Shown: positions 38,686 through 49,258 of the stretch, in pieces | Position numbering within the stretch: position 1 is the stretch's first letter | Layout: each line of letters opens with the position of its first letter | Source of the DNA: Eledone cirrhosa | Taxonomy: Eukaryota | DNA: 64,000 nucleotides | NCBI GenBank assembly: GCA_964016885.1 | Contig: OZ024740.1 | Location: forward strand, 230,516,001 to 230,580,000 | Direction of reading: 5' to 3' | Translations under genes and position numbers: made by a program | Notes under the pieces: model-generated | What the model was told of the DNA's origin: nothing | The model's database searches: none | The model's input: the letters and a program-made list of their open reading frames with translations, nothing else

Positions 38686-39150
38686 TACTAATGGGTTTAA
38701 CCCCCATTAGGGTGTCTTAATATTATTGAAATTTGCTGAAAATTTGTGAATAGGCGTAGTTTCAGAATATATATGGTTATGGGGGGGGTCTATCTCCCAA
38801 ACCATAGGAGTTCGTGAAATCTTGTTCCATTTATTGGCCAAAATTTTCACTTTAGGGGGTTTAACCCCCATTAGGATGTCTTAATATTATTGAAATTTGC
38901 TGAAATTTTGTGAATAGGAATCATATCTTGTCATTTACCTATGGTTTAAATTTCATATAAATCGAAGGGAAAATATTTTCAGCGGTGGTTTAAGCCCCCG
39001 GGGAACCCTTTGATTAAAATGAAATATACGTAAGAAATCAAATAGGCATGAGCCCCACACGCGTGTCAAGTTTCATGAACATCGGTTTGGTAGTTTTTTT
39101 AGTTTTAGGTTCACAAACAAACAGACAGAAATTGCCATTTATGTATATAA
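38686..39150 (-). mobile_element. Non-autonomous Helitron-like element with an internal duplication
   Basis: The plus strand ends CAAGTTTCATGAACATCGG...CAAACAAACAGACAGAAATTGCCATTTATGTATATA, resembling Helitron-N 5' ends read in reverse. A ~63-bp direct repeat occurs at 38693 and 38857. Confidence 0.55.
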
Positions 39151-39998
39151 ATATACATACACACACACAGAGTTCATTGTTTACTTCCCTCTAGATAAAA
39201 TCCACCACACCTTTCCGGGCACAAACCTTATATAGTAAGTTATAAAACAGAATTTAAATATAGTCGGTAAATGTTGATGCGTATATAATTTTAGTTTATT
39301 CTTTATCGTGTAAAATACACTCCATGTTAGCTATTACAAACTATAAACCCTATTTTATCTTTTACTTTGCTATTTTTTCATAGACTTAGTCCGTATCCCA
39401 GTTTTAATATAGATTACTTAGGAAACTGTACAAGTGTAAAGTTAGACAAAAGACCTTAGACTGTCTGTTCAATAAAGCAATGTCACTTAAATAACTAGAA
39501 TAAATCTTTGTTGAAATTTTATCAACGTATTACAAATGCGATGACTATATCAATAGAATAAATTCAACATACATGTATATGTAACTGATTATATATATGT
39601 GTGTGTGTAAAAGGTAAACACAAATAACAACACAATCGGTACCGTATATGGAAGGAATATATTAGGTTAACGCTTGAAGAGGGTATATATATGGAGAGCG
39701 ATAGAGTGATGACTTCTACAGGACTAGAAATGTTTCATGCGAATGAAACAGTTCTAGTCCTGTAGACGTAATTTCTAAATATATATATAATAATTATGCC
39801 TATACTCTACGAACATATTGAGTACCTTTCTAAAATGTAGTTTAAAAAGTTAAGATTCATTAATATAGTAAACATTAAACAAAGAATTAGAATGCCTATC
39901 AAATAGAAAAAACAAGAACGACGTTAAACAGAATGTAAGTTGTCAACACTAAAAATATTGTAAAATATTGATTTGATTTGATAAAATAATTAACTTAC

Positions 39999-40154
39999 TA
40001 GCAATCAACAATATTTGGTAATAACACTGTGGAGAAAATATTAACGAACGTTGAGAAAGAAATGAGGAAATGGCACCAGAGTATGCAAGAAAAATAATCT
40101 GCTACAGCTGTAAAGACGGGGGAAGACTAACAAGAATTCAGATGTCGCGCCAAA
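39999..40154 (-). promoter_or_regulatory. CDC7: Candidate CDC7 promoter and non-coding first exon with an E2F site
   Basis: Minus-strand TTTGGCGC (40154-40147) fits the E2F consensus TTTSSCGC. A donor CTA|GTAAGT lies at 39999/39998. Confidence 0.5.
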
Positions 40155-40234
40155 TTATTTCATAACAACTTTACAGAGTTATCGATCTTGATATGAGAAT
40201 TTGTGAAATATATGCATGGCATGTATACATGATT

Positions 40235-40560
40235 TGTAACTCCTGTGGGAGTCTTAGGGGCACCGTATTGACATACAGAATTTCTAGGGCATTTTGGTAA
40301 ACCTGGCAGAGCCCATCTCCTCTCCAGGTTTGAATACAGCAGATTTCTTCCAGAGAAGGATAGAGAGGGTGAGACAATGGAAGTGCGAAATAGATATAGA
40401 GGAAGAATCGACTGCAGTACTAGACTGGTACTTTTTTTTATCGACCGTGAAAAGATGAAAGACAAAGTTAACCTGAGAGGGATTTGAACTTAGGGAGCTA
40501 TAATGAATAGAACGAAGCATTTTATCCGACGTACTAACACTTCTGCCAATTCGCCGCCTT
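40235..40560 (-). mobile_element. SINE with Nin-like head and a different tail (family also at ~31670, 44925, 49430, 59160, 59380)
   Basis: Shared tail GGAAGAAATCTGCTG...GATGGGCTC(T/C)GCCAGG...ATGTCAATA.GG.GC.CCTA.GACT. Confidence 0.7.
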
Positions 40561-41170
40561 AACCTGTAAAATATAAATAAATAAAGAGAAACGAAGGGAG
40601 ATAACTCCAATAATCTTTAATGCTAAAATCATATTTCTCTTGGTTGACACGACTGCAGTATATTTGCATCGTTACTGGAATTTTGAAAGATGAAAAATGG
40701 GCGATCCTTGGTTTTAGTGTCCGAAATTATCATCATCGCCATTCAATTATTAGCTCCACCCACTACACGATACGTCATCAGCTGCTGCTGCTTGATTTTT
40801 ACATGCTTCATTTTTACACGAAAAAAACATTGAATATTTTAACAGAATAAATATTTATTAAAATATTTATTTTTTATTAAAATATTTATTTAGTTTTTAA
40901 CAGAAAAAAATATTGCTGCGAAATACATTTTTTTAAAAACAGATTTACAGTTTTTAACAACAGAAAAAAAATTTCTTTAAACAATATATTGTTGCGATAT
41001 ACAGTTTAAAATCTTTTCAAAACATTTACCTTCACCAGTTGGATACGTGACATTGCACCATCGCCACTCAAACTCCCTTAAATACAAGCAGGTGTTGGTC
41101 GACAATTCAGTTCAGCGATGTCTCTCATTCGCTAAATTGTCACGCATCGCAATAGTTATTCGAAAGAAAC

Positions 41171-42121
41171 ATGGCTGGAAGACCGCCTGCAGTACAATTT
41201 ATTGTTAAGAATATTAAATCACCAGAAGAAACTTTAAATATGAATTTAACACACCGTGAAATGCATTTAATTACCGCAAATAATCGCTCTACTCTGGAAT
41301 TTCTGGCTAGCAACCGGTTAATTTCAAATACTGTTAATTGTACTGCCTGCAATATTTTATGTTCGTTTGTGACTTTGAAAGACGGGATTGATGGCTTTAG
41401 ATGGAAATGTAAGGCATGCAACTTTACGCAATCGATTCGTTGTGGATCATTTTTTACTAGAAGTCATTTGAATCTACAACAAATTCTCGATTTCATCTAC
41501 TATTGGTGTTTTGGCACCGAAAATGTTGTTATTTCAAATCAAATTCGCTGTAACAATACAACTACCGTTACCGACTGGTGCAATTTTATGCGTGATGTAT
41601 GTAGTGAATGGGTTGAGCAAAATCCGGCGATACTCGGTGGTCTTGATTCTAACGGAATACCAATAACTGTACAAATTGATGAGAGCAAATATTTTCATCG
41701 TAAATATGCTCGTGGGCTCTGGCATGAAGGACATTGGGTTATTGGCGGAATTGATACCAATAATCCCCGCAATATTTTTCTCCATGAAATCCCTGATCGT
41801 ACTGCTGAGACTCTGCTGCCCATCATTGAAAGGCACTGTGCAAATGGATCTATGATCCATACAGATGAGTGGCGGGCATACAATCAAATACCAAATTTGC
41901 CTGGTCGTTATACCATATCAAGTACACACACACAAAATATTGAGGGGATGTGGTCTCATGCCAAAAAGAAACTAAAACGCATCAATGGTACCAGCCGACC
42001 ACTATTTCAGTCGTATTTAAGGGAGTTTGAGTGGCGATGGCGCAATGCCACGTATCCAACTGGTGAAGGTAAATGTTTTGAAAAGATTTTAAACTGTATA
42101 TCGCAACAATATATTGTTTAA
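41171..42121 (+). CDS. Merlin/ISXO2-like DDE transposase, 316 aa, open frame
   Basis: N-terminal Zn ribbon CTAC..WKCKAC, SIRCGSFF, VQIDES, WVIGG, IHTDEWRAY, HTQNIEGMW, YLREFEWR. Confidence 0.92.
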   Translation: MAGRPPAVQFIVKNIKSPEETLNMNLTHREMHLITANNRSTLEFLASNRLISNTVNCTACNILCSFVTLKDGIDGFRWKCKACNFTQSIRCGSFFTRSHLNLQQILDFIYYWCFGTENVVISNQIRCNNTTTVTDWCNFMRDVCSEWVEQNPAILGGLDSNGIPITVQIDESKYFHRKYARGLWHEGHWVIGGIDTNNPRNIFLHEIPDRTAETLLPIIERHCANGSMIHTDEWRAYNQIPNLPGRYTISSTHTQNIEGMWSHAKKKLKRINGTSRPLFQSYLREFEWRWRNATYPTGEGKCFEKILNCISQQYIV

Positions 42122-42195
42122 AGAAATTTTTTTCTGTTATTAAAAACTGTAAATCTGTTAAAAAAAATGTATTTCGCAGCAATATTTTTTCTGTT

Positions 42196-42438
42196 AAAAA
42201 CTGTAAATAAATATTCATGTAAAAATGAAGCATAGTGTTTGTTAAAAACTTAAAAACTGTAAATAAATATTCATGTAAAAATGAAGCATAGTGTTTGTTA
42301 AAAACTTAAAAACTGTAAATAAATATTCATGTAAAAATGAAGCATAGTGTTTGTTAAAAACTTAAAAACTGTAAATAAATATTCATGTAAAAATGAAGCA
42401 TAGTGTTTGTTAAAAACTTAAAAACTGTAAATAAATAT
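42196..42438 (+). repeat. 56-bp tandem repeat, four identical units plus a partial, inside the Merlin
   Basis: CTGTAAATAAAT recurs at 42201, 42257, 42313, 42369 and 42425. Confidence 0.95.
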
Positions 42439-42727
42439 TTATTTTGTTAAAAAAATCAATCAAAAATCTAATTTCCTCTTAATATTTTCTATTACAAACG
42501 TAAATAAATATTCATATCGTGTAGTGGGTGGAGCTAATAATTGAATGGCGATTGTGATAATTTAGGACACTAAAACCAAGGATCGCCGAAAAATGTAATC
42601 GATCTCAAATCGATTCGCATTTACGTTAATCATTATATTTGAAAATACTCAAATATATTTCAACGCTGCAGAACGGAATAAAATCCTAAAATACCGGATA
42701 CTATCAAATAACTATTTTTTTCCAGAG

Positions 42728-42990
42728 TTCGAGGCGTTTGGTGGAGCTGGGCCGCCGAGAGCGAAGTTCTTATCGTTAGCCGCTTCACCCTACCAATGTG
42801 TCAGGTGATGCCCGTGAGGGTACCTGGTTGTTTCAGCGCCTTTGCCACGCCATCACTCACGGTAATGCTCCCAGCGCGTTGCGTGCCTCAAACATTTCTG
42901 TTGACCCTTGAGATGTTTGATCGAGTCGCACTTGGTGGTGAATTGATGGTCGTTTTGTTTGTTTGTCTCTCTCTCGCCTTGATCATATAT
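42728..42990 (+). mobile_element. Short 3' fragment of a CRE-like retrotransposon
   Basis: Across frameshifts it reads FEAFGGAG..AKFLS / VSGDAREGTWLFQRLCHAITHGNA, homologous to 37088-37260. Confidence 0.7.
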
Positions 42991-43166
42991 TTTTGTGAAT
43001 TATATTTGTAAAGTTGGTGGCAATAATTTGTATTTATTATACGTGTTTATATTTTCATTCTGTAAGAATTATAAACAATTTTTAATGTTATTTATACAAC
43101 TGCAAATAAAGAATTATATTCAAACACTGTTGTTTATTAAATTTATCAACAGATTATCATCTACAT

Positions 43167-44311
43167 CAGTGCTACTCAAAGTGGTGGTCCGCGGACCGGT
43201 GCCGATACGCGAGCCACAGCTACCGGTACGCGGCCAGTGTCCAGGCCATGCTAAGGAATCATTTGAAGAATTTGTAGAATCTAAGGAAATTTTAGGCTGA
43301 CTGCTAGTTTCAGTAATTTGTCCTCATGCAACGAAAACTGGGGTGAAAATTATATGACAATAATAGGTAAATTAACCTGATAGTAAAAATATAAGTTGAT
43401 AATATATCACAGTTTTCTATGAAGAAAGGTCAAATAACAGAAAATGGACCGTGCAGCATCAGTTTCTGTAAATAAACGACCTACTGTAGTAAGTAAACAA
43501 CTTATCAGTTGGCCGGTGGTGACGCGTGGTACTGATTATGTAAGTAAATGTAGTATATTTGTGATATTGTAATGCGCCGAATGATACTTTAGTCTCCCTT
43601 CAAAACCATGGTCCCTTTACTTCGGCCCGTATCCCCAAATAAATTATTTCTTCCGTTAATGTAACTGTTTTCTCACGCTTAAAATAGGCTGATTAATTCT
43701 TAACAGTAAAAAAACATTATTTACGTGGTATTCCCTCATTCCCATGAGTGTTATTAAGATAAAGTACAGGAATAATATGGATATTCATTCTCCATTGCAC
43801 GTGGCACTGTTTTCAATTGAACCACGACTGAATAAACTGACAAAGAAGGCTCACCTTTCACACTAGTAAAGATTAAGGTTATATAATTTTTATTTTTGTG
43901 TTAATAAACTGCTTGTTATTTTTTTTATTACTTTTTTATGTTTTGATATTGTATTATTTGTTTACAAAATAAATAGAAGATAAAAAAAAATGGTCAACTT
44001 TTATTATAGTCATTATGGTGGATTGGCAGTATGGGTAGAGAGTCGGACACCATGATTTGAAGCATAGAGTTACGTCCCTTTATGATCTGAGTTCAAATCC
44101 CGCCGAGGTTAACTTTGCCTTTCATCTTTACGGGGTCGATAAAATAAAGTACCAGTAATGTACTGGTTAATTGCTGGCCTTGTGCCAAAAATAGAAACAA
44201 TTATATATATCGTTTCCGGTATAAATTAATATTACTACGAAATATTAGCGGTACGTGGCACATTGAAAAAAAAATGCCGGTTCGCCACATCAGATAGTTT
44301 GAGAAGCACTG
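43167..44311 (+). mobile_element. hAT (Charlie-like) internal-deletion derivative with a nested SINE (~44017-44202)
   Basis: TIRs CAGTGCTACTCAAA / TTTGAGAAGCACTG and exact 8-bp TSD ATCTACAT. Transposase C-terminal remnant IKIKYRNNM..LHVALFSIEPRL..KKAHLSH* at 43744-43866. Confidence 0.92.
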
Positions 44312-44409
44312 ATCTACATTATATGTCAATCACATTCTGTATATATGTAATTAATAAACCAGAAGCATTAAAAAAAGAAAAGAAATTTGGAGTAACCTCC
44401 CCTTAAAGA

Positions 44410-44456
44410 CACCGGAAGTCACCGCTATCTTAATCCGTGTGTGAAAACACGTGTAG
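44410..44456 (+). promoter_or_regulatory. WDR46: Candidate WDR46 promoter and non-coding first exon with an ETS/GABP site
   Basis: ACCGGAAGT at 44411-44419, E-box CACGTG at 44448 and donor TAG|GTAATT at 44456/44457. The ATG exon has an acceptor 4 nt before the ATG, implying an upstream exon. Confidence 0.5.
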
Positions 44457-46274
44457 GTAATTATTTTATTTTTGTAATAATATCCTTGTAAGTTAATTCT
44501 ATCTCATCACATCTCATATACCTGCCTTTAAACACTGTTTCTGGGCAGTAATTTATTTCTTAAATGTTTCAACTTCAGTTAATCACTTCACTGTCACGAA
44601 TTTTACTCCAATATTTTGTTCATTATCAACAGTAAAGTTTTTCTTATGTTGGATTCGACAGTCTAATCCTTTATAGGAAAATAAATAATTTTTTAGACAA
44701 TTTCCATTTATGTGATCATATTGAACAGGTTTACTGTTTTAATGAAATAATACGCAGCTAATGGTTTACTGGTACTTATTAAAGATAGTAAATGTAAACA
44801 TTCACCCTTTAACAGCATGTTGAATATTCTTTTAAAGCATTCTAGTTGCAAATGAAAATATAACAGGAGATATATGCGACACTAGTTATTTGACATCAGA
44901 TTTGGATGATTCAGTGGCATGGTCCTGTAACTCCTGAAAGAGTCGTAGGAGCGCCGTATTGACATACTCGTACGACGTTTCTTGGATATTTTAAGCCTGG
45001 CGGAACCCATCTCTGCACGTCTTAATACAACAGGTTTCTTCCAGAGAAGGATAGTGAGAGAGAGAGAATGGAAGGGAGATAGAGGAAGAATCGACCTCGA
45101 ATGGATGAAAGGATAAGTTGAGAGGAGAGACGAATACCACAAAGTATTCTATCTAACGACTCTGCACAGTTTAATGCTTCACCCCGAAAGTTAATGTTTA
45201 TTACGCTTACTTGAAAATGAAGGAAGCATATCATTATTGTATAGTTATGACAGTTAATGGATTTATTACGGAATAGTTTCGATCTCTGTAGCAGGCTAAA
45301 CGTAAATGTCATTTCTAAAACATAGTTGTAATCTACATCCTGCTTTAGGAAAGTGTTAAAGGGTTGCTGAACTCACAAGCCGAGACCGCTTGGCGTCGCG
45401 GTTGGGTTCATACCTCTATCTATACCCACTCTGCATCTCCCCATGCGCATAATTGTTGGTCTTCCCGGTCTCAGCACCACAGACTTTCTCTCTGTATGTA
45501 TATTTGTGTATATTATATAATTCTTTGCATACATTTTATCTTTATATATATAGTTTTTACCTTTGCTATATATATACTATAAATTGGTTTAATCAATATA
45601 TATATAAAATATATATTGATTAGCTTAATGAGCATTAAACTTTATACAAATTTAAAGGTTATATCAAAAAATATTTTTCATATATCAAGTTGAGAAACAA
45701 AAACTAGAATTATGTACAATATATAGAACAACAAATAATAAATGTACTCACTTAAATTACATATATAAATTTATATATTACAAAAACACTTTCTGATAAA
45801 AAATGCAATTACTAAACTAAAAAACTACTTATTAACTTTGGCATATTTATACCAGTTTGTCTAATAAAATAGTAATCAATAAAATGTAGGAATGCATAAG
45901 AAAAGCTTTCCCAAAGTTAAGGAATATAGCAACGGTTCAGCTTGCTGAATATGTTAGAAACGATTCTGACTTCCACATAATTTTGGTGACAGAAACTGAA
46001 ATATCATAATTATTACTTTCAGTTTATTGTTCTTAAAGAATATATTCTCTTTTATTGACAACAACATAAAAATTTGCATCCTATTTATACATGAGTATAT
46101 GTGGTATGTATGTATACACAGCAAAGTGAAGTGATTGTTTGATAAGAAGCTTAGCGAACAACCAGGTAATGAATATATAAAAATATATATATACTCTATT
46201 ATTAACATCATCACTAGAACTGAATATAAACATATATATTTATATGATATATACTTATTTAATTCCTCATTCTA

Positions 46275-46310
46275 TCTTCTGATGAAGGACTAGCGTCCAA
46301 AACGTTAAGA
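46275..46310 (+). ncRNA. Degenerate minimal type I hammerhead ribozyme (Penelope pLTR type)
   Basis: tctt-CTGATGA-A-GGAC-tagc-GTCC-aAAA-CG-TTA-aga. The conserved GAAA reads AAAA. Confidence 0.5.
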
Positions 46311-46433
46311 CTCTTTTCTTACTATAGCAAGTGTAAAACTATTAAGATATTTCTTCATTGTACTATGTCGTTTGCTTTTTGCATACATATATATATACAT
46401 AATTTTAAAATATTTTCATTTATCTTCAGCAAA

Positions 46434-46595
46434 ATGGATTCGAAGAAAAAAAAATCCTCAAAGAAAAATTCTGCTCAAATAGCAGATGCTAAAAAAATTC
46501 ATTCTGACGATCCTGATAATGTACAAATATTTGAAATTAAACCAAATTCGAGATATATGCAAAATACTAAGAAAAGAGGATTCAGGGAGCAAAAT
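46434..46595 (+). CDS. WDR46: WDR46 (Utp7/BING4) first coding exon
   Basis: cttcag|caaaATG; Lys-rich MDSKKKKSSKKN...GFREQN; phase-0 donor gtaagt in frame with the following exons. Confidence 0.8.
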
Positions 46596-47768
46596 GTAAG
46601 TTTCTATTTGTATGCATGTGAGTGGTCTAGTAGTTAGCATGTTGGACTCATGATCATAAGATCATTGGTTCGATTCCTGGATTGGAGGATGTAATTTGTT
46701 CTTGAACATGATACTTCATTTTGCATTGTTTTTCATGATAGGGCAAGGGCCCCTATCATTAAAACATCCAAGAAACGTCCTATCAGATACAACTTCATAG
46801 TAGGCCAGATCCATTGAGTGATGTTTTAATTAAATGATGACTATTTTAACATCTTTTATGTTGATTTTTATTTCGTGAATACAATAAACAAAGGAAATCA
46901 AAGTGAGTCATGCAATGTTTCATGGTTTTCATGGACAAAACGTTGAATATGTTACCCCGAAGGATGGCAAGGAAGTCTATCTGAAAGAACTTGTCCATTT
47001 CATTGGGCTCATCCTTGCTAACAACCATCTCTATCCCAATAAAAATGAGTAGGTGGTTTTGGAGAACAGGGCACCAGATGTCCCAAGTTATGGATTTGAC
47101 AAGAAATCATCATCATCATCACCATTTTAACGTCCATGTGTCCATGCTAGCATGGGTTAGACTAGTTTTTCCATTGTGGGACAAGTCCAGATGACCATGT
47201 CTTGCTCATACAGAACTGTTTCTAGCTTGGTTTCTATGGGTGGATGCCCTTCCTAACACCAACCACATTTACAGTGTAGACTGGTTGCTTTTTATTGTGG
47301 CACCAAAATAACCAACTGACAGAGAATATATATGAATTACAGTTTAACCCTTTCATTACCATTTTCTTATGAAATGCACTACCTATGTGTTTCAATTCAT
47401 TTTGAAAATAACCAAAAACGAGGCGGAATTTAATAAAATAACTTTTTCATTAGTAAGCTGTTATTTAGAACTTTGCTAAACATAGATTTCTTAAATAAAA
47501 TTAGGGTAGAAGCATATAATATAAGGATAAACATTTTAGAAGGAGTAGTCTTATATCATAAATTTTGGGAAGTTTGGTATCAAAAGGGTCAAAGTGTTAG
47601 TAGTTGCAGTTTCTCTACACTTATCTTCTGTGACCTGCTTTCCAACACAATTCAAATTAAGGTTATTGGTCCTGCTGTTATCCAATAGTAGCAGTACAGT
47701 CCTTTATTCATCATCATCACCATTTAATAATTAGCAGTACTGTTAATAATGTATATTTATGTCTTCAG

Positions 47769-47846
47769 AACAAATTTCTAGGACGGGTTCCTGTTGATAA
47801 CAAGGTGTTAAAGAAATATAAAAGAAAAAATGCTACAAAACCTCTG
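47769..47846 (+). CDS. WDR46: WDR46 coding exon 2
   Basis: NKFLGRVPVDNKVLKKYKRKNATKPL; cttcag/gtgagt boundaries. Confidence 0.85.
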
Positions 47847-48239
47847 GTGAGTATTTCTGGCAATGTTATTGATTTTCTGATTTGGCATGACACTTTTGAT
47901 ATTGATGTTGTCTTGATTAAGAGTGATGCTGCAGTACCTGTAATAGAATTGGTCCAAACATCTGGATATTTTGCTTCTCACTTCTAATTAAAATATCTTT
48001 TATTGTTGCAGGGTCTGTGAGCTAAGTTCAAAATTTCAAATACTTTGTTAAAAACATATGTACATTCTATTAGGTTTCCTTTCTTTAAACACATATTCTC
48101 AGATATCTATATTAACACTTAGCATAGATCCATGATATTAAAACAACATTAACCCATTTTACAGATCCATATTAAAATTACATTGTCTTTTTTCATGTAT
48201 CCATATTGAAATCACACAACAGCTCTCAAAGATGCATAA

Positions 48240-49019
48240 TCTATATATATAAAACTGAGGATGTCTGTCTGTGTGTGTGTGAGTTTGAATCCCTAAAACT
48301 CGAGAAACACCCAACCGACTGTTTTCAAAATTTACACATATAATACTTATGTTTCATGGAGTATTCTGAGCAAAAAAAATTTCAAATTTTCAATGCCCTA
48401 GGGACTGCATTAGGCGATTTAGCGAGCTCTCTCTATAATTCTTAGTCTTTCTCTTTTTAGATAGATACATACATATAACGTTGCGCCCTTATAATATCTG
48501 TCTGTATGTCTGACTGTCTGCATTACGTCACTTCCCTGAGGATGTGTGTCTGTGAGTTTGAATCCCTAAAACTCGAGAAGTACCCAACCGACTTTTTTCA
48601 AACTTTACATGTGTATTACTTATGTTTCAGGGAGTGTTATACACATAAAATTCAACTTTTGGATCCCCTAGGGCTCACATTAGTTGAAAAACTGCGTTTT
48701 TTTTTCAGGTTTTTAGGTTTTTTTTTAGTCGTTACGTCAGACTGATTTCCTTGAAATTATAACTATGTATTAGTCAGTCTCTTCTTCATACCGTGAGCAA
48801 AGAAAATCCAACTTTTTTATGGTCTAGAGCCCGCATTAGGGGAAAACCTGCATTTTTCCTGCTTCATCGAGGAAAATCTTAAAGATTATCCAGGCATCAG
48901 AGTATTCGGTTTATTTTCTTTATATATTGTCCACGCACGCAGTTTTTCCAGGATTAGGTCTGTTGGCAGCCTGCGTTCCAAAATACCTTATCCCGTGCAA
49001 CGCCGGGTACCACTGCTAG
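48240..49019 (+). mobile_element. Non-autonomous Helitron, complete
   Basis: A|TCTATATATATAAAA 5' end; 3' hairpin CCCGTGCAACGCCGGG then CTAG|T. Internal ~100-bp duplication (48256 and 48536). Confidence 0.9.
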
Positions 49020-49145
49020 TATAATAATATTAACTGCTCTCCATGTAAGAAATTTTATATGTGAATGTTCTTTTTGTTGTTTTTTAACTGTTAGTTGGAC
49101 AGTAAATATATTTTAATAAAAACTATATTTTTTTCCATATTTTAG

Positions 49146-49258
49146 AAAAATTTCAAAACCAGATATCATAAGGAACTCTATTTAAATAAAACAAAGTCAT
49201 CTAAATTTGCTGTTGAACAGTCTGCCCGCAGTGAGCTTTTATTACAAGACACAGTTGG
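49146..49258 (+). CDS. WDR46: WDR46 coding exon 3
   Basis: KNFKTRY...AVEQSARSELLLQDTVG contains the conserved ARSELLL. Confidence 0.92.

Larger units (their letters stand above)
40700..42587 (+). mobile_element. Merlin (IS1595/ISXO2-related) DNA transposon with both ends intact
   Basis: 73-bp TIRs beginning GGCGATCCTTGGTTTTAGTGTCC (40700-40772 and 42515-42587). Exact 8-bp TSD GAAAAATG (40692-40699 and 42588-42595). Confidence 0.95.

Noticed and set aside
41171-42121. IS1595-like transposase as bacterial contamination or recent horizontal transfer
   Set aside because: Eukaryotic Merlin elements are known relatives of IS1595/IS1016, and this one is integrated with a TSD in host-like sequence.
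42196-42438. 56-bp array as CRISPR or iterons
   Set aside because: Identical head-to-tail units inside a Merlin transposon.
42725-42960. GC-rich foldable island considered as a structured ncRNA (7SK, RNase P/MRP, telomerase RNA) or a WDR46 exon
   Set aside because: No diagnostic motifs are present, and it translates to a retrotransposon RLE C-terminus homologous to 37088-37260.
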